Part shown: in pieces, positions 52,797 to 63,914 of the stretch
Layout: the number at the start of each line of letters is the position of its first letter
Position numbering within the stretch: the stretch's first letter is position 1
Origin: Felis catus
Lineage: Eukaryota
Assembly (NCBI RefSeq): GCF_018350175.1
Contig: NC_058368.1
Coordinates: 152,088,001-152,152,000, forward strand
DNA: 64,000 nt
Direction of reading: 5' to 3'
Notes under the pieces: model-generated
Database searches by the model: none
Told to the model about the DNA's origin: nothing
The model's input: the letters and a program-made list of their open reading frames with translations, nothing else
Program-made: the position numbers and the translations under genes

Positions 52797-54371
52797 CTTC
52801 TCACCCTCCCAGCCTGTCAGTCTGGTGCCCATCCAGGACTACTTAACACAATGACCAAAACATCAAATACAACAAAAACAATAGTAGCTCAGTAAGGAAA
52901 ACGACAATAAGTAGGATACAGATCCATTATCACTGATTGCTTTCAGTTTAATAAAAATATTTTTGTTTCAGCAACTTGAGTTATGTAGGTATCTGTGATC
53001 GTGATTGCCATATACAAAAACAATAATGAAGGCATTTTTTTTTATATTCTTTCAGGCATATAATTTTAAAGAGATTGTTTTAAAGCCTAATTTCTTCCAA
53101 TTATATAAACATACTAAGAATTTTCTCATGACTTTTTTAAAAAATATTTTTATTCCTCCATTTTTAGATTGCTAATTAATTCAAGGTTTGGGTTGCTTTG
53201 TTGCTTTTTTTTTTTTCAATAAAAACATACTTCTGAAAGACCTCAATTATTTGCTCTTCCTAAATGTTTTTCATTGCAAGGATTAGAGGTGATAAATCAC
53301 ATTCAGTTTATCTCCTACGGTTTCTTCTAGCACATTGTCAACTCCCCTCTCACCCTCATGTGCACACCCCCTGCATAGTAACTGCATATGGGACAGTGTA
53401 AAGGCTGTGGGATAAGTGACACTATTAGCGCAGTGTGGTGGCTTTGATGTGTAGCTCTCGGCAGGGTTGCCAGAAGAGTGACAGACTCCCGCTCTAATGC
53501 GAAGACTATTTCTCATTTACTCAGTTCACTTCTAATAGTCTTATGTTACCATTAGTGGCACAAAGCAGACAGACATCATGGCTGAAAAATCTCACATCCT
53601 TGGGATTAGATTATTATATTAAGTGCCAACTTTCTATATGCAATAAGCCCTTAATTAAAAAGAAAAATAAAGAAAAATATTTTTACAAAGAAAACTACTC
53701 AAATGTATAATTGGTATAAAAATGAGGTCGATTATTTTTACTTTAACTCAAATGAGGAATATTATATCCCACCCACCACCACCACCCGACACTCAGGGGT
53801 AAGGGTATGGAAACTCAAATTTTTCTGTGCAATTTTATAAGGCAAAAGCTGTCCTAGTCTCCCTGCATGTGCCAGTGTTCTACAAATTTAGTTTGCCAGT
53901 TTCTAAGCCTTGAGCAAAACGCTGTTCCCAAACAGGAACGACAACAAAAAAAAATTAATGAATAATTTTGTATCTAAAAATAAACCATATTAACAGTTGA
54001 AAATTGGAAAAAGGATCAAAGGCACCCAAGAAAATGGAATGGATTGCACTCTGTGAATGAAGGAGGAGTTAACCAATGAGCAGTTAACCAGTAGGTTTAA
54101 AGCAGAAGCCAAGCTACCTATAAATGTGGGAACATTTTAAGTGTGAGAAAGCTGTTAAAGGGGACTTAAAAGAACAAAAAGTACCATTTGTTCCCCTAAT
54201 TAACTTTGAAGAGTCTAATTAAGGGCAACATAAAAGCCTAAGAAATGCTGGTTATTAGGCATGTACTTTAACTTGATCAGTGAGATGGTATTCTTGTAAA
54301 CAAAGACGCTAATTTCACCCAGCCCAAAATAAACTTCTCTGCAAATATCTCACAACATAATCATGCAGTAC

Positions 54372-54595
54372 CTTGGGAGCAGAATCCCTATCTAGTGTAG
54401 GCTGCCTCTTGAGGTTCCTAATTCTAGGCATTAATGGTACTCAATTTAAAGATGCATTGAAGTATAAAGAACATTCTGATAATTTGGTCTGAACCCAGAC
54501 ACCCTTCAAAGGAGTCTTCTTTATGTCATATTGTGATTTGTGTGGGCAGGTCCAAGAATTGACCATTTTAATCATAAATAGGTAGGACTTTATCT
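54372..54595 (-). pseudogene. Relic exon, domain C (helix 5-8)
   Basis: ctcctctctgttttag|AGAT...CCAAG|gtactg. Mosaic DKVLPIYD*NGQFLDLP..FEGCLG / FRPNYQNVLYTSMHL*IEY. Confidence 0.5.
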
Positions 54596-54659
54596 CTAAA
54601 ACAGAGAGGAGCAGGACAAAGTTAAAGTGCACTTACATCTAATTAAAGCAATACATCGA

Positions 54660-54852
54660 GGGGCACCTGCATGGCTCAGTCCATTGAGCGTCCAACTCTT
54701 GGTTTCGACTCAGGTCATGATCCCAGGGTCATGGGATTGAGCCCCACAATGGGCTCTGTGCTGAAAGTGGAGCCTGCCTTGGATTCTCTCTCTCTCCTTT
54801 CTCTCTGTCCCTCCCCTCCCCTCTCTTTCTCAAAATAAACAAACAAAAAAAC
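54660..54852 (+). mobile_element. CAN-SINE (older type)
   Basis: ggggcacctgcatggctcagtc..tcaggtcatgatcccagggtc..A tail. Confidence 0.9.
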
Positions 54853-55079
54853 ACAATACCTCACTATTATTCAAGGTTAGGTTAGGATTTGCTTTTCCTT
54901 CAGGAATATACTTATTTTTTTAGTTTGAACACAAACAGATTTATGGAAAAAAGGCAGTATTTCTTTTTAGAAAGGGAATCTGACAGCATTATAAAAAGAA
55001 TTATAACATTAGAATAATAGGATTATATTATTATGTTCTTATCTAGTTTTCCTTTAGTTGCTCTAAGTGGCATGAACCC

Positions 55080-55466
55080 TCATCCCAGAGTTAAAAACTG
55101 TAACTTCCAGAAACTTGTATCATTTTTGATTTGGTGAAGATCAGTGTCTTCAGTTGTGGAAACCCAGATGAAGATATTTTCAAGGCATGCTTCACAAGGA
55201 TTCTCTAATAAGACCATTTTAATGAGCTTTGCATTTCTTGTGAAAAATGTATGAGGGTTTTTATTATTGTCAACAATACTAAACACAGGAGTGTGTGAAG
55301 ACACACTGTGGCTTTATGATACAATCACACGAAATGGGATTGCTAACCCTACTAGTGTTTTGAATTAACCTTGCAATTGGCATGCTATTAAAACGAACCC
55401 TAAAGCTTGGAGGTAGGAAAGGAGTGGCTTTTGTGATGCTTTGAAACTTTGGTCCTAACATCAGCA
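55080..55466 (-). pseudogene. Relic exon(s), linker plus domain C (helix 1-4)
   Basis: gtcctttccag|TGCTGATG. Two overlapping open frames (track ORFs 55279-55467 and 55080-55304). FFTRNAKLIKMVLLENP...IKNDTSFWKLQ resembles RGSL1 SFIRSFCKYRRFMLNP...AINDLYFFSEM (recalled). 3' boundary uncertain. Confidence 0.6.
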
Positions 55467-57123
55467 CTGGAAAGGACGGCTTTCCAAAAAGGGCAGTGTC
55501 TAACAGCCTTGAGAAGAAGGATTATAGATTATAAATAGAATGAGTTTTAAAAATAGATTTTGGCATACAGATGCTCTTAAGCATTTTCTCCTGCTCGAAT
55601 CTCAATAGCTGACTGCCTGTACTTAACCTGGCAGAAACTGTAGGGATAGCCACTGTGCCGAGGGCCTCCTGTCCCTGGAAAACCAAATGTGAATACAGAC
55701 ATTATAGACCACAAAATGATACATCCCAGAGTCAGACTGCAAGAGTGGCACAAAATTAAGCACCCTAGGTGTAAGAGAGTGACCTAAACTTTAAATGTGA
55801 AAACAATACTCTTAATTGTCTTCTGTACACGGAATATGTAGAGAACTGTTTGTACAAAACAATGCATGTGTGTTTTTAACAATAGCAAAAAAGAGGGTAG
55901 AAAAGAGACATAAGAATCAAGAAAACATCCAGAAACCAGAATCACTGAATCACTTCTTTTAGGCTGAGATCATTTAATTCAGCCTTGAAATTAATATTCA
56001 GAAATTACTGGGCCCATGAAGATTATGTTGCATTGCTCTAAACTGCAATTTTGTTGTGTGAGAACACTCCTGCTGCTTCCCATCCAGCCACTTCCATCCC
56101 TTTCTGCTGTAGTTTTTTTCCATCATTTAGGGAAGCAAATCATCTACTAGAAGCAAATACAGACAGGTTACTCACATCAAATCCCTTGAAAATAATAGAC
56201 AATAATGAAGGGCAGAGTCCATTTCAGACCCACTGCCAAATATATTTAAAGTACTACCTAAGATTTTCTAAGCCTTGATCATAACATTCTTAACTACTTT
56301 TATCTTCATATTCCTCATCAGTTAGTGATAGGAATTATCCCCAATAAAAGAAATGGAGACAAGAATCATTTTGCTTGTGAAAGGAATGAGAACATAAACA
56401 TTCTACGGGTTTTGAGTAGACTATTCCTCTCTGATTTGACCAAAGCTCTTTATGGTATTTTTCTGCTACACTGGTCTGTGAGCCTTTGATATTCCTATAG
56501 CACTCAATGTGGCATTACTTGCAGCAAGAGACTAATTTAGTGCTAATTGCTCAGTGTTGTCATCAGTCAGTATTGTCTGCAACACCTCACTACCTGTGCA
56601 TGGCTTTGGGTGGGAATGCTCAGTCTGCACATATATCTGTTTATTAGCTTTTTAACTCATTTATAGTCTTTATTTTCCACCGTAGCCAAATTAACAACAA
56701 CAACAAAAATGAATTGCTACTGAGAGGATTACAAGTGTTGGTCTATAATAATATATGGATCATTTTTCATTCCTTTCCAGATTAAAAAGTTGAGTGAGAA
56801 AATAAAAGAATTAAGAAGACTAAGAGGTACCTAGGCCTGTATTCTGAATCTCTCTTTCAATGTATAGCATATCTGTATACACGTTTTCTCAAAACTTACA
56901 CCCTTACAACTTAGGGGATTTCTGTAAAGGAAGAAGTCCCTCTCTGGCTTTCTTTTCAGAGGTTAGAGGATTACATGTGAGATCATATAGCAAAACCGAC
57001 CATTCTTCCTTCTATCAAAACAAAATCAGGCGTCATTTCAAAACCTTAGGAAAAGCCAACATTCTGTGTCCTCCAAGTTGTTTCTCTGGGCATCCAGAAG
57101 CATGCTTCTTGTGGGTATCTTAC

Positions 57124-57247
57124 TCAGCTTTGGGCCCAGTCCTGACAGGAACAGAAAAAATCTTCCTCAAATTCCATTAAGCATTTCTCTTCAAAGCTGC
57201 TTTTCTTACAGGTGGCGTCTGAAGGCGTACTTAACAGAATTCCACAT
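57124..57247 (-). pseudogene. Relic exon, domain B (helix 7-8)
   Basis: gtttttcaacacag|ATGTGG...GCTGA|gtaaga. Reads CGILLSTPSDATCKKSSFEEKCLMEFEEDFF, compared with RGSL1 TLLTLQGHVMKSIEEKWFKDYQDLF (recalled). Confidence 0.65.
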
Positions 57248-57379
57248 CTGTGTTGAAAAACCCAGAATATTCTTTCCCTCCAAAGAATATTGTCTAATAA
57301 GATATTCAGAGAAGCTGTGGGAACCAAAGTTTAGCCTCCAGAGTCCAATACAAGAGATATCTTGTCAACCCACACCCAC

Positions 57380-57421
57380 CCTGCTTGATACGTGGACGGG
57401 TGAATGCTTTATCCAGATGTT
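57380..57421 (-). pseudogene. Possible short relic exon, domain B
   Basis: gtgttag|AACATC...GCAGG|gtgggt. Mosaic EHLDK / SPVHVSS, compared with RGSL1 EMLQ..MRHVTT (recalled). Weak acceptor. Confidence 0.3.
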
Positions 57422-58369
57422 CTAACACCTCAGGTACAATATACGACTACAAAAATAATTCAGCAAGATACATCAGAATACATTTTTGTTGTGTGGGGGT
57501 CAATGATTTGGGATGAAGTTATAGACACCCACATCCACAGGAAACAGGCTTTATCCTGCCATAGATGTAAGGAAACCCACTGGTGAGAATCTTGTTTACC
57601 AAGACATAGAAGAATAACATTACAAACCCACTTTTTATTCAGTGCACACTTTAGGCTGTCTACCCACATGAAGTGATGAAACTGAACTAATAAATCCATA
57701 CTCTGCCTCCCAGTCTTCTCATGTGGACCAAACATATCTACCCAGGATAAGTAACAGAAGGTTGGAGTCTATTTGCAGACACGGGGCAGAGAGGAGGTAA
57801 TTCAGTTTCAAGGATAAAGACTTGGAATCATTGAGAAAATGCTATATCTAATGCACTGAGCTAACCATTTGGACAAGGGGAGGAGTGGTGCTAGAACCAC
57901 GTGGGTGGGCCAACATAAATTCTTTGCAAGAATTGTTATATTTCAACCATTTAAATTGACACATCCCCGAAAAGTCGGTTTCAAAAGCATACTGCAGGTG
58001 AATATAAATTGTACAAATGAAAAAAAAGGAAAGAAAACAAGAAAGGTGCTAAAGATAAAAGTGCAAATTTACATACCATCTCCCAAAAGTTATTCATTAT
58101 TAGCATTGTGAAATACCTGAAAAACATTTGTGATTTCTGTGTGACTTGTTTTATTTTTTAACAAAAATTCTGCGTTGGTGTTAAACAGATTTTCAACCCT
58201 CAACAAACCAGATGGCTAATCCAAAATTATTACATGAAATATGAATAGGAAACTAAGAACTGTACTCTACAAAAAGATAATGAGAATTTTTCAGCGATTT
58301 ACATTTTTACCAAATAAATTATTTCTATTTCATTGGTATCTACTTTGGAATTGTAACAAATAGTCCCCA

Positions 58370-58490
58370 GTGATAATTACCAAATGTCTATATTTAGGGA
58401 AAACTAGCACATGTGTATCATAAATAATAGCACAAATTGATATTTCTGAATTGCCTGTTTTTCTAGATATAGACATTTGGTAATTATCGC
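58370..58490. repeat. Inverted repeat / hairpin, MITE-like
   Basis: gtgataattaccaaatgtctatatttag versus the reverse complement of the right arm, gcgataattaccaaatgtctatatctag. Confidence 0.8.
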
Positions 58491-58803
58491 CAGAGTTGGC
58501 ACATAAAGAGGTGTTCAGACAATTTTAAAAATGCATATTGCTTACTCAGACCATGCACTAATGATATTCTGCAATGAAAATCCATATTTAGGTATGTTAT
58601 GATAAGGTGAGATCTTGACCCGATAGATAATAAAGGGAAGTTATATGCTTTAGTTTAGTGAGCACAATCACTTCTCTTTAGGACCACCTAAAACAGTTCT
58701 GTCTGTGCCTGATAAATCACATGTTAATCTAATAATGGTCCCAAGGTGAAATAACTTTGACCTTAAAACTAAAATGTTTACTGCCCAGATATTATTTTTG
58801 TAC

Positions 58804-58880
58804 CTTGGCACAAAGAAGTTCATTAATTCTGCATCACTTTGTCTGTCTCCTGCAGCTTTTAGTTCTGACTTATTGCCTGA
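58804..58880 (-). pseudogene. Relic exon, domain B (helix 4-5)
   Basis: Follows a 75-79 nt intron. tactctttgccag|tcag|GC...CCAAG|gtacaa; reads GNKSELKAAGDRQSDAELMNFFVP. Confidence 0.55.
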
Positions 58881-58955
58881 CTGGCAAAGAGTAACTTCCA
58901 ACAGAGAAAGGCTAAGCACAACTTGGCCAGAAAGGGCTTGCTTTTGGCTCCTCAC

Positions 58956-59104
58956 CTGGTAGAACCGATGTCTGTAGAAGCAAGTCTCTTTTTTTTCTGC
59001 TCAGGTAGTATGCAGGGTAAATACAGACAGCAAATGCAGGCAGCAGATGGAAGACTTGCTTGGTTCTGTCCACTATCATGTCTGGCCAACTCTTGGCAAA
59101 TTTT
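58956..59104 (-). pseudogene. Relic exon, RGS-like domain B (helix 1-4)
   Basis: gtttccctgtgctctgaaaag|AAAA...CCAG|gtgagg; 149 nt, open: KFAKSWPDMIVDRTKQVFHLLPAFAVCIYPAYYLSRKKRDLLLQTSVLP, compared with RGSL1 FREFLKERKAKIPLQF (recalled). Confidence 0.6.
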
Positions 59105-59939
59105 CTTTTCAGAGCACAGGGAAACACATGAGACACCATCAGCCATTACCAGGTGACACTAACAACAGTGATGGAAGTTGTGACCTGGGCATTGGAGAGG
59201 ACCAACTGGCTGGTAGTAATGTGAAGCTACTAAACTAAAGCTATCCTGCTTGTTGCCACTGTGAGAGGGTGATGCAGCTCAGTGGGCTGCTAATGAGAAA
59301 CAGAAGAGGAACACAAAGGCAATGCCAAGAGGCATAAGAAACGGAAGGAAGATAATTAAGAGATAGCATTTAAGCTTCAAATAAAATCTAAATTCTGTAG
59401 CATTAAGATTAAAGAACCAGCCAGTTTGGACTTAACCAATAATAATAATTTAATAAAAATGTATGCAATGCTTAGGTGATTAAGAGCAATAACATAGCAG
59501 AACAAAATAGATGAAATGGAAAAACAAAAACAAAATGCATAAAAACATAGTTAGTAACACACTTGGGCCAAATATCAAAACCACCTCAAGCTAGGATAAG
59601 TTAGTTTGGGGAGGTGCTTGCTGGTTCTTGGCAGGTTTCTAAGAATTGGATAAAACTTTTCTAGATTGAATGTCTTCAATAATCTATTAGTTCAAATTAG
59701 ATGAAGAAATGTACATATCATAAAATTAAATGATAGTTCTCTTTCTTCTCACACATCAACTCACAGAGCCACTGATTCACATCTTTTTTGTTGCTGTTGT
59801 TATAGCTGTTAATGACTAATGCCTAACGAGATACAATATAATGATCTCATATTCTGACAGAGACAGAGCTTACCTGTTATTCCACATGCACCCTTGCAAT
59901 GTTTTTCTTTTCATTCTTCTTCTTGCTCTTCTTCTTTTC

Positions 59940-60326
59940 ATGTGTCAACTTGGCTAGCTACAGTAATGCAAACACTAGTAGGTGTTGCTGTGAAGGGAGT
60001 TTGCAGATGTAATGAAAAGGCCACAATCTGTTGAGTTTAAATAACACATTATCCTGGAGAATTTGGGTGGGCCTGATTTAATCAGTTGAAGGGCTTTGAA
60101 AACAGAGTTGAAGCTTCCCTGAGACAGAAAGAAAAGGCTTCCTATAGACAGCAGCTTCAGCCTGTGCCTGTGAGTTCCAGTCTGCTTCCACTCGCAACTT
60201 CCCGGTGGATTTTAGACTTGCCTATCCAGCCCTGACAATTTTATAAATCAATTGCTTAAAATAAATCTCTTAATATCTATATCTCCTACTGGTGCTGCTT
60301 CTCTAGTTGATTCCTGACTGATATAC
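59940..60326 (+). mobile_element. MLT2-like ERVL LTR
   Basis: atgtgtcaacttggctag..ggtgttgctgtgaagg..gggtgggcctgattta atcagttgaagg..aaataaatctct..tctcctactggt..ctgactgatata. Confidence 0.85.
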
Positions 60327-60329
60327 TGC

Positions 60330-60687
60330 ATACAATTTCCTAACCTCCCTTGCAATTAGGTAGAAGCTGTGTGACTAGTTTCGCATATGGACTAAGAGGT
60401 GAGAGTGAACACACATCACCTGCATACTGAGAGAGGTAAAATAAAAGCCAGTGTGCCGCCTCTGTCTCTCCTTTGTCAGTGGCAACCTTAGAGGCCACAT
60501 GTTTAAATGATAAAGCCACAGACAGAAGCAGCTTGTATCCCTGAATCATATAATGGAAGTATCCCCTGAACTGCATGAGACTTTATGAAACTGAGAAATA
60601 AATCTTCCTTCTATTAGTTTCAGATTCTTTAACCTCATGTACAGGTTTATTTATTATATCGGAATAGCTTTCGTGTCCCACTTAACA
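60330..60687 (+). mobile_element. MLT1-like MaLR LTR fragment
   Basis: ctcccttgcaattagg..tgtgactagtt..ggcaaccttagaggccacatgtt..tccctgaatca..gagaaataaa. Confidence 0.7.
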
Positions 60688-60917
60688 TATTTCTGACTTT
60701 CTTTCAGACCTCTATATTCATAGACAGAAGGTACTCAGAAACTCACTAGGCACAATTTTGTCATAAGTTATGAAGCAGTAGCACTAGTTCTGGCTGGTAG
60801 GAAACCTCATTTTTGTTCGTAATGACTTACACTAAAAACAAGACAAATGTAGAAAACAAAAACTAGGTCAAAAACATGAGTTGTAATTAGTGAACTGACT
60901 ATAACTATTAGCAGGAC

Positions 60918-61035
60918 CTTTGTCACTTTGTAAAATGAATTTTACACTTGTTTGCTCTTAGTTCCACCGCAGCCCACATTTATTACAATCCAAAAGGCTC
61001 CCATGGTCAGAGTCAAACATGTAAATGGCACCCAC
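60918..61035 (-). pseudogene. Probable relic exon with mutated acceptor
   Basis: Polypyrimidine tract cttcttccttcctctgttaac lacks the AG; ends AAAG|gtcctg. Mosaic LLDCNK / WAAVELRANKCK is weakly like RGSL1 LCYKNPKMAIQKISDDYK (recalled). Confidence 0.35.
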
Positions 61036-62481
61036 GTTAACAGAGGAAGGAAGAAGAATTAATGTCCTATTAAGTGGTGCTCAAGGATGGCAAAAAAAAT
61101 CCATACAATAAACTGGAGAGCTGGTTGGCCAAAAATATAAAAATTTTGACTCTTCAGTCTTATTGCATCATGATCTATGTGGTTAGGCTACTGATGAATC
61201 ATTTCAGATTAGCCCTTTTGACTTGTCTACAGTGCTACAACCCTTTCTGAAATTAGGCCTTCTACTTGGGCAAAGCATTGTTTTTTAAACTACTCTCTTT
61301 ACTAGATTTTATTTATTATGACAAGAAAATGTAAGAAACATCTAAAATGTGTTTTTAAGTTAGAAGAACAGCTTTCATATACAGTGTAAGGTGAACTACG
61401 TAACAAAATGCATACAAAGGGACACATGCATTTAACACACACTTATATACACAGAGGAGAGTAAGAAGACTAACTTCACCAGTAGGGAAGATGATTGATT
61501 ATTCCTATGGGGGAAATAATAGGTGATTTTAAAATTATTTTCTCTGCCATCTTCTGTATTTTCTAATTTTTCTAAAATGAAGATATATTCTTTTAAATCA
61601 GGGGAAATTTTTATAATATAAGCAATAAATGAACTAATTAAATATGATATATGAGATAAGCATTGTAAAAATGATAAAATTATAAGTGTAGGTCCTTACA
61701 TTTATTATAACATTTGCTTTTCAGATAGATTTTCATCTAAAATTCACAACACTTGTATTATTAACAAGTACGTTTTCTACAGAATTATCAAAAGTATTTT
61801 TTAATGAACATCTAATCTTTCCCTAGCAACTAAATGATTACTTCTGCAGTAAAATCTAAATCTGAATGCACATTTCTCATTTTAACAAATATCTACTTAG
61901 CTTCCTTAGTGGATTTTTTTAAAACAAATGGGTAGGACTAAGTTATAATTAACATCATCAACTGTGTTTTATGTTAAAAGATGCTGCTAAATGCATAAAT
62001 ATGCTGGAAAACACTTTATTTCTAGTCAATGTGAACATTATGTTCACTTCCAAAGTGTGTAAATATTGTTAACTTCCACTACCTCCTGTTACGCAAAAGT
62101 AGAGTTCAACTAGTCCCCACCTAGATGATTACAAGGTCTTGACTTGCAGGAACTTATTCATAGGTTTTAATTATTACTCAATTCTCCTATCACCATCACA
62201 TTTACCTATTGCTATATTTTTCACTATTTATTTTTCTGGAAAATATTCTTAATTTCACAATTTTATTCTATTAGTTCCAATTATGTCACGGAAATCATTT
62301 CTAGCCTACATATGTATTTTCTTCCCTTTCGTGTGCTCTATTTGTCAATAACTGATTTTGGCTTTTCTCCATTTTAAAATGTTTACCAATTATGAGGTTG
62401 ATAGAGATTTACCTTCATGGATGTACAATTGGCATAAATAAGTAAATTATTCAATTAATTAATTAATTTTGAAAAACTAAC

Positions 62482-62614
62482 CTATTTCAGAGACCAGCTA
62501 TCAGAATTGAAGGCCCTTTGTGACTTGTAAAGATTTAAAAGTTTTCAACATCAGAAGTGAAGGAACAAAGGAATATGAAAGTGTTTTCTTGGTCCATTTG
62601 AAGTTTTAATGTCC
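62482..62614 (-). pseudogene. Relic exon (inter-domain region, RGSL1-like)
   Basis: cttttcctgtcaacttatag|GGAC...AAATAG|gttagt. Reads SLLMLKTFKSLQVTKGL, compared with RGSL1 LLYKRIQQSLELSQAL (recalled). Contains stops. Confidence 0.6.
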
Positions 62615-62659
62615 CTATAAGTTGACAGGAAAAGAAGAAACCGCTTCACAATGATGGGG

Positions 62660-63146
62660 TTGAAGGCAGGCTTCCCCAATATATTCTACTTTGGCATATT
62701 GCTTATTTTGAATTTAAGTGACTTAATAAACAGCTGATGCAAGAAGGACACACTGACCCTCCTCTGTCCGTCTGAAAGCAGGAAATAAGTCTCCCCTGTA
62801 AAATTACCTTTCCCAAACCAGGAGAAAGACAGACATCCTTATCACCAGAGACAGGTAACTTAGGGCCAAGAAGGCTACATATACAAACCCTGTTACTTTT
62901 TCACTATTTTACTACCTCAAGCACAAACTTCTTTCTTACCAATTCCTCACAAATCTACTATTTCTCTGGCTAAAAGGTATAAAAGCTGCCCGCTCTTGTC
63001 ACTTCTTTGAGTCTGACATCTCTATGAGCTCTCATATGTACAAAATTAAATTTGTTTTTCTCCTGTTAATCTGTCTTATGTCAATTTAATTATTAGACCA
63101 GCCAAAGACCCTAGAAGGGAAAAAGGAAAAGTTTTCCTCTCCTACA
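62660..63146 (+). mobile_element. ERV1 solo LTR (MER34/MER39-like)
   Basis: Starts tgaagg..ccccaatata..actttggcatattg.ttattttgaa, has a tataaaag box and attaaa, ends ttcctctcctaca. Confidence 0.8.
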
Positions 63147-63408
63147 ACAATGTTCTTCTCTGATTTTTGCCTAACTTCAGTGATTCTTTCCTTCTTTCCT
63201 TTAACCCTTAATTATACACCAACCTCAAAATACTTTTTCTGTGTTACAGTATTGGTCTAGAGACTAAATATAGTGTCGGTCTTAACCTGTTTCACCAAGA
63301 GACTCCATAACGTTTTCAGGCATTTTATAGACAAGTTTTGTGGTTTGTTTATTTTAGAAAAAGCTCTTTAATGTTTTTCAAAAGATAAGTAAACAAGAAC
63401 AATTATAC

Positions 63409-63522
63409 CTTTTTCTTAATGAGCAGAAGGAATCAAGGACGTCCCTAAGACTGTGGTGAATAAAAGAGCAGCTGAGGTGAAGGCAGGGGACTGTCTCCTT
63501 CTAAGGTATCATTGTGGTTTTT
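63409..63522 (-). pseudogene. Relic exon, RGS-like domain A (helix 5-7)
   Basis: ccttctacag|AAAAAC...AAAAAG|gtataa. Mosaic of frames gives *YL / KETVPCLHLSCSFIHHSLRDVLDS / LIPSAH*EK, compared with RGSL1 YLNEQIGPCLPLKSQTIQGLKELLPS..WIPKAQKE (recalled). Confidence 0.7.
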
Positions 63523-63914
63523 CTGTAGAAGGTCCAGGAAAATGAAAGCTTTCTGTATCTTAATAAGTGTAGTCATGTCATCTCTACCATAAACATGAGT
63601 ACAGCCTTGCCACCGGAGAAAAACTACAGAATTAATGACTTTTGGGTGTCTATCTACTCAACTGGATCCCAAGACTCTGACCACAGTGCCCACACCCCAT
63701 AAGTGGTTTTTGAAATTAGAAAGCCACATATATCCCTAACCATATATACAATGTGTGTGCAGAAATATAGTAAAAACAGCCCCATGACATTTTCAATGAA
63801 CACTTTCCCAAAATACCTATTGACTATTTGCTGTTCCAAGACCTGTTTACTGAGAGACATAAATATAAAAATACAAATAAATATACGAATAAAATACAGC
63901 AAGTAGCTTCTTAC

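Larger units (their letters stand above)
59874..60711 (-). pseudogene. Relic basic-linker exon, apparently split by LTR insertions (exon parts 60688-60711 and 59874-59938)
   Basis: Acceptor tctatgaatatag|AGG at 60711 and donor AACAG|gtaagc at 59874, with MLT1-like and MLT2-like LTR sequence between. The 3' part reads RRRARRRMKRKTLQGCMWNN and joins in frame to the next exon. Confidence 0.5.

Noticed and set aside
55380..55466. AAA+/dynein-like reading LPPSFRVRF
   Set aside because: No Walker motifs were seen in any candidate exon, and the context is RGS-like.
63248..63324. Additional weak relic-exon candidates here and near 62310-62390, 46570-46610, 43350-43403, 42343-42460, 41529-41597 and 736-783
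   Set aside because: Positions are plausible, but splice sites are mutated or the peptide signal is too weak to list as features.
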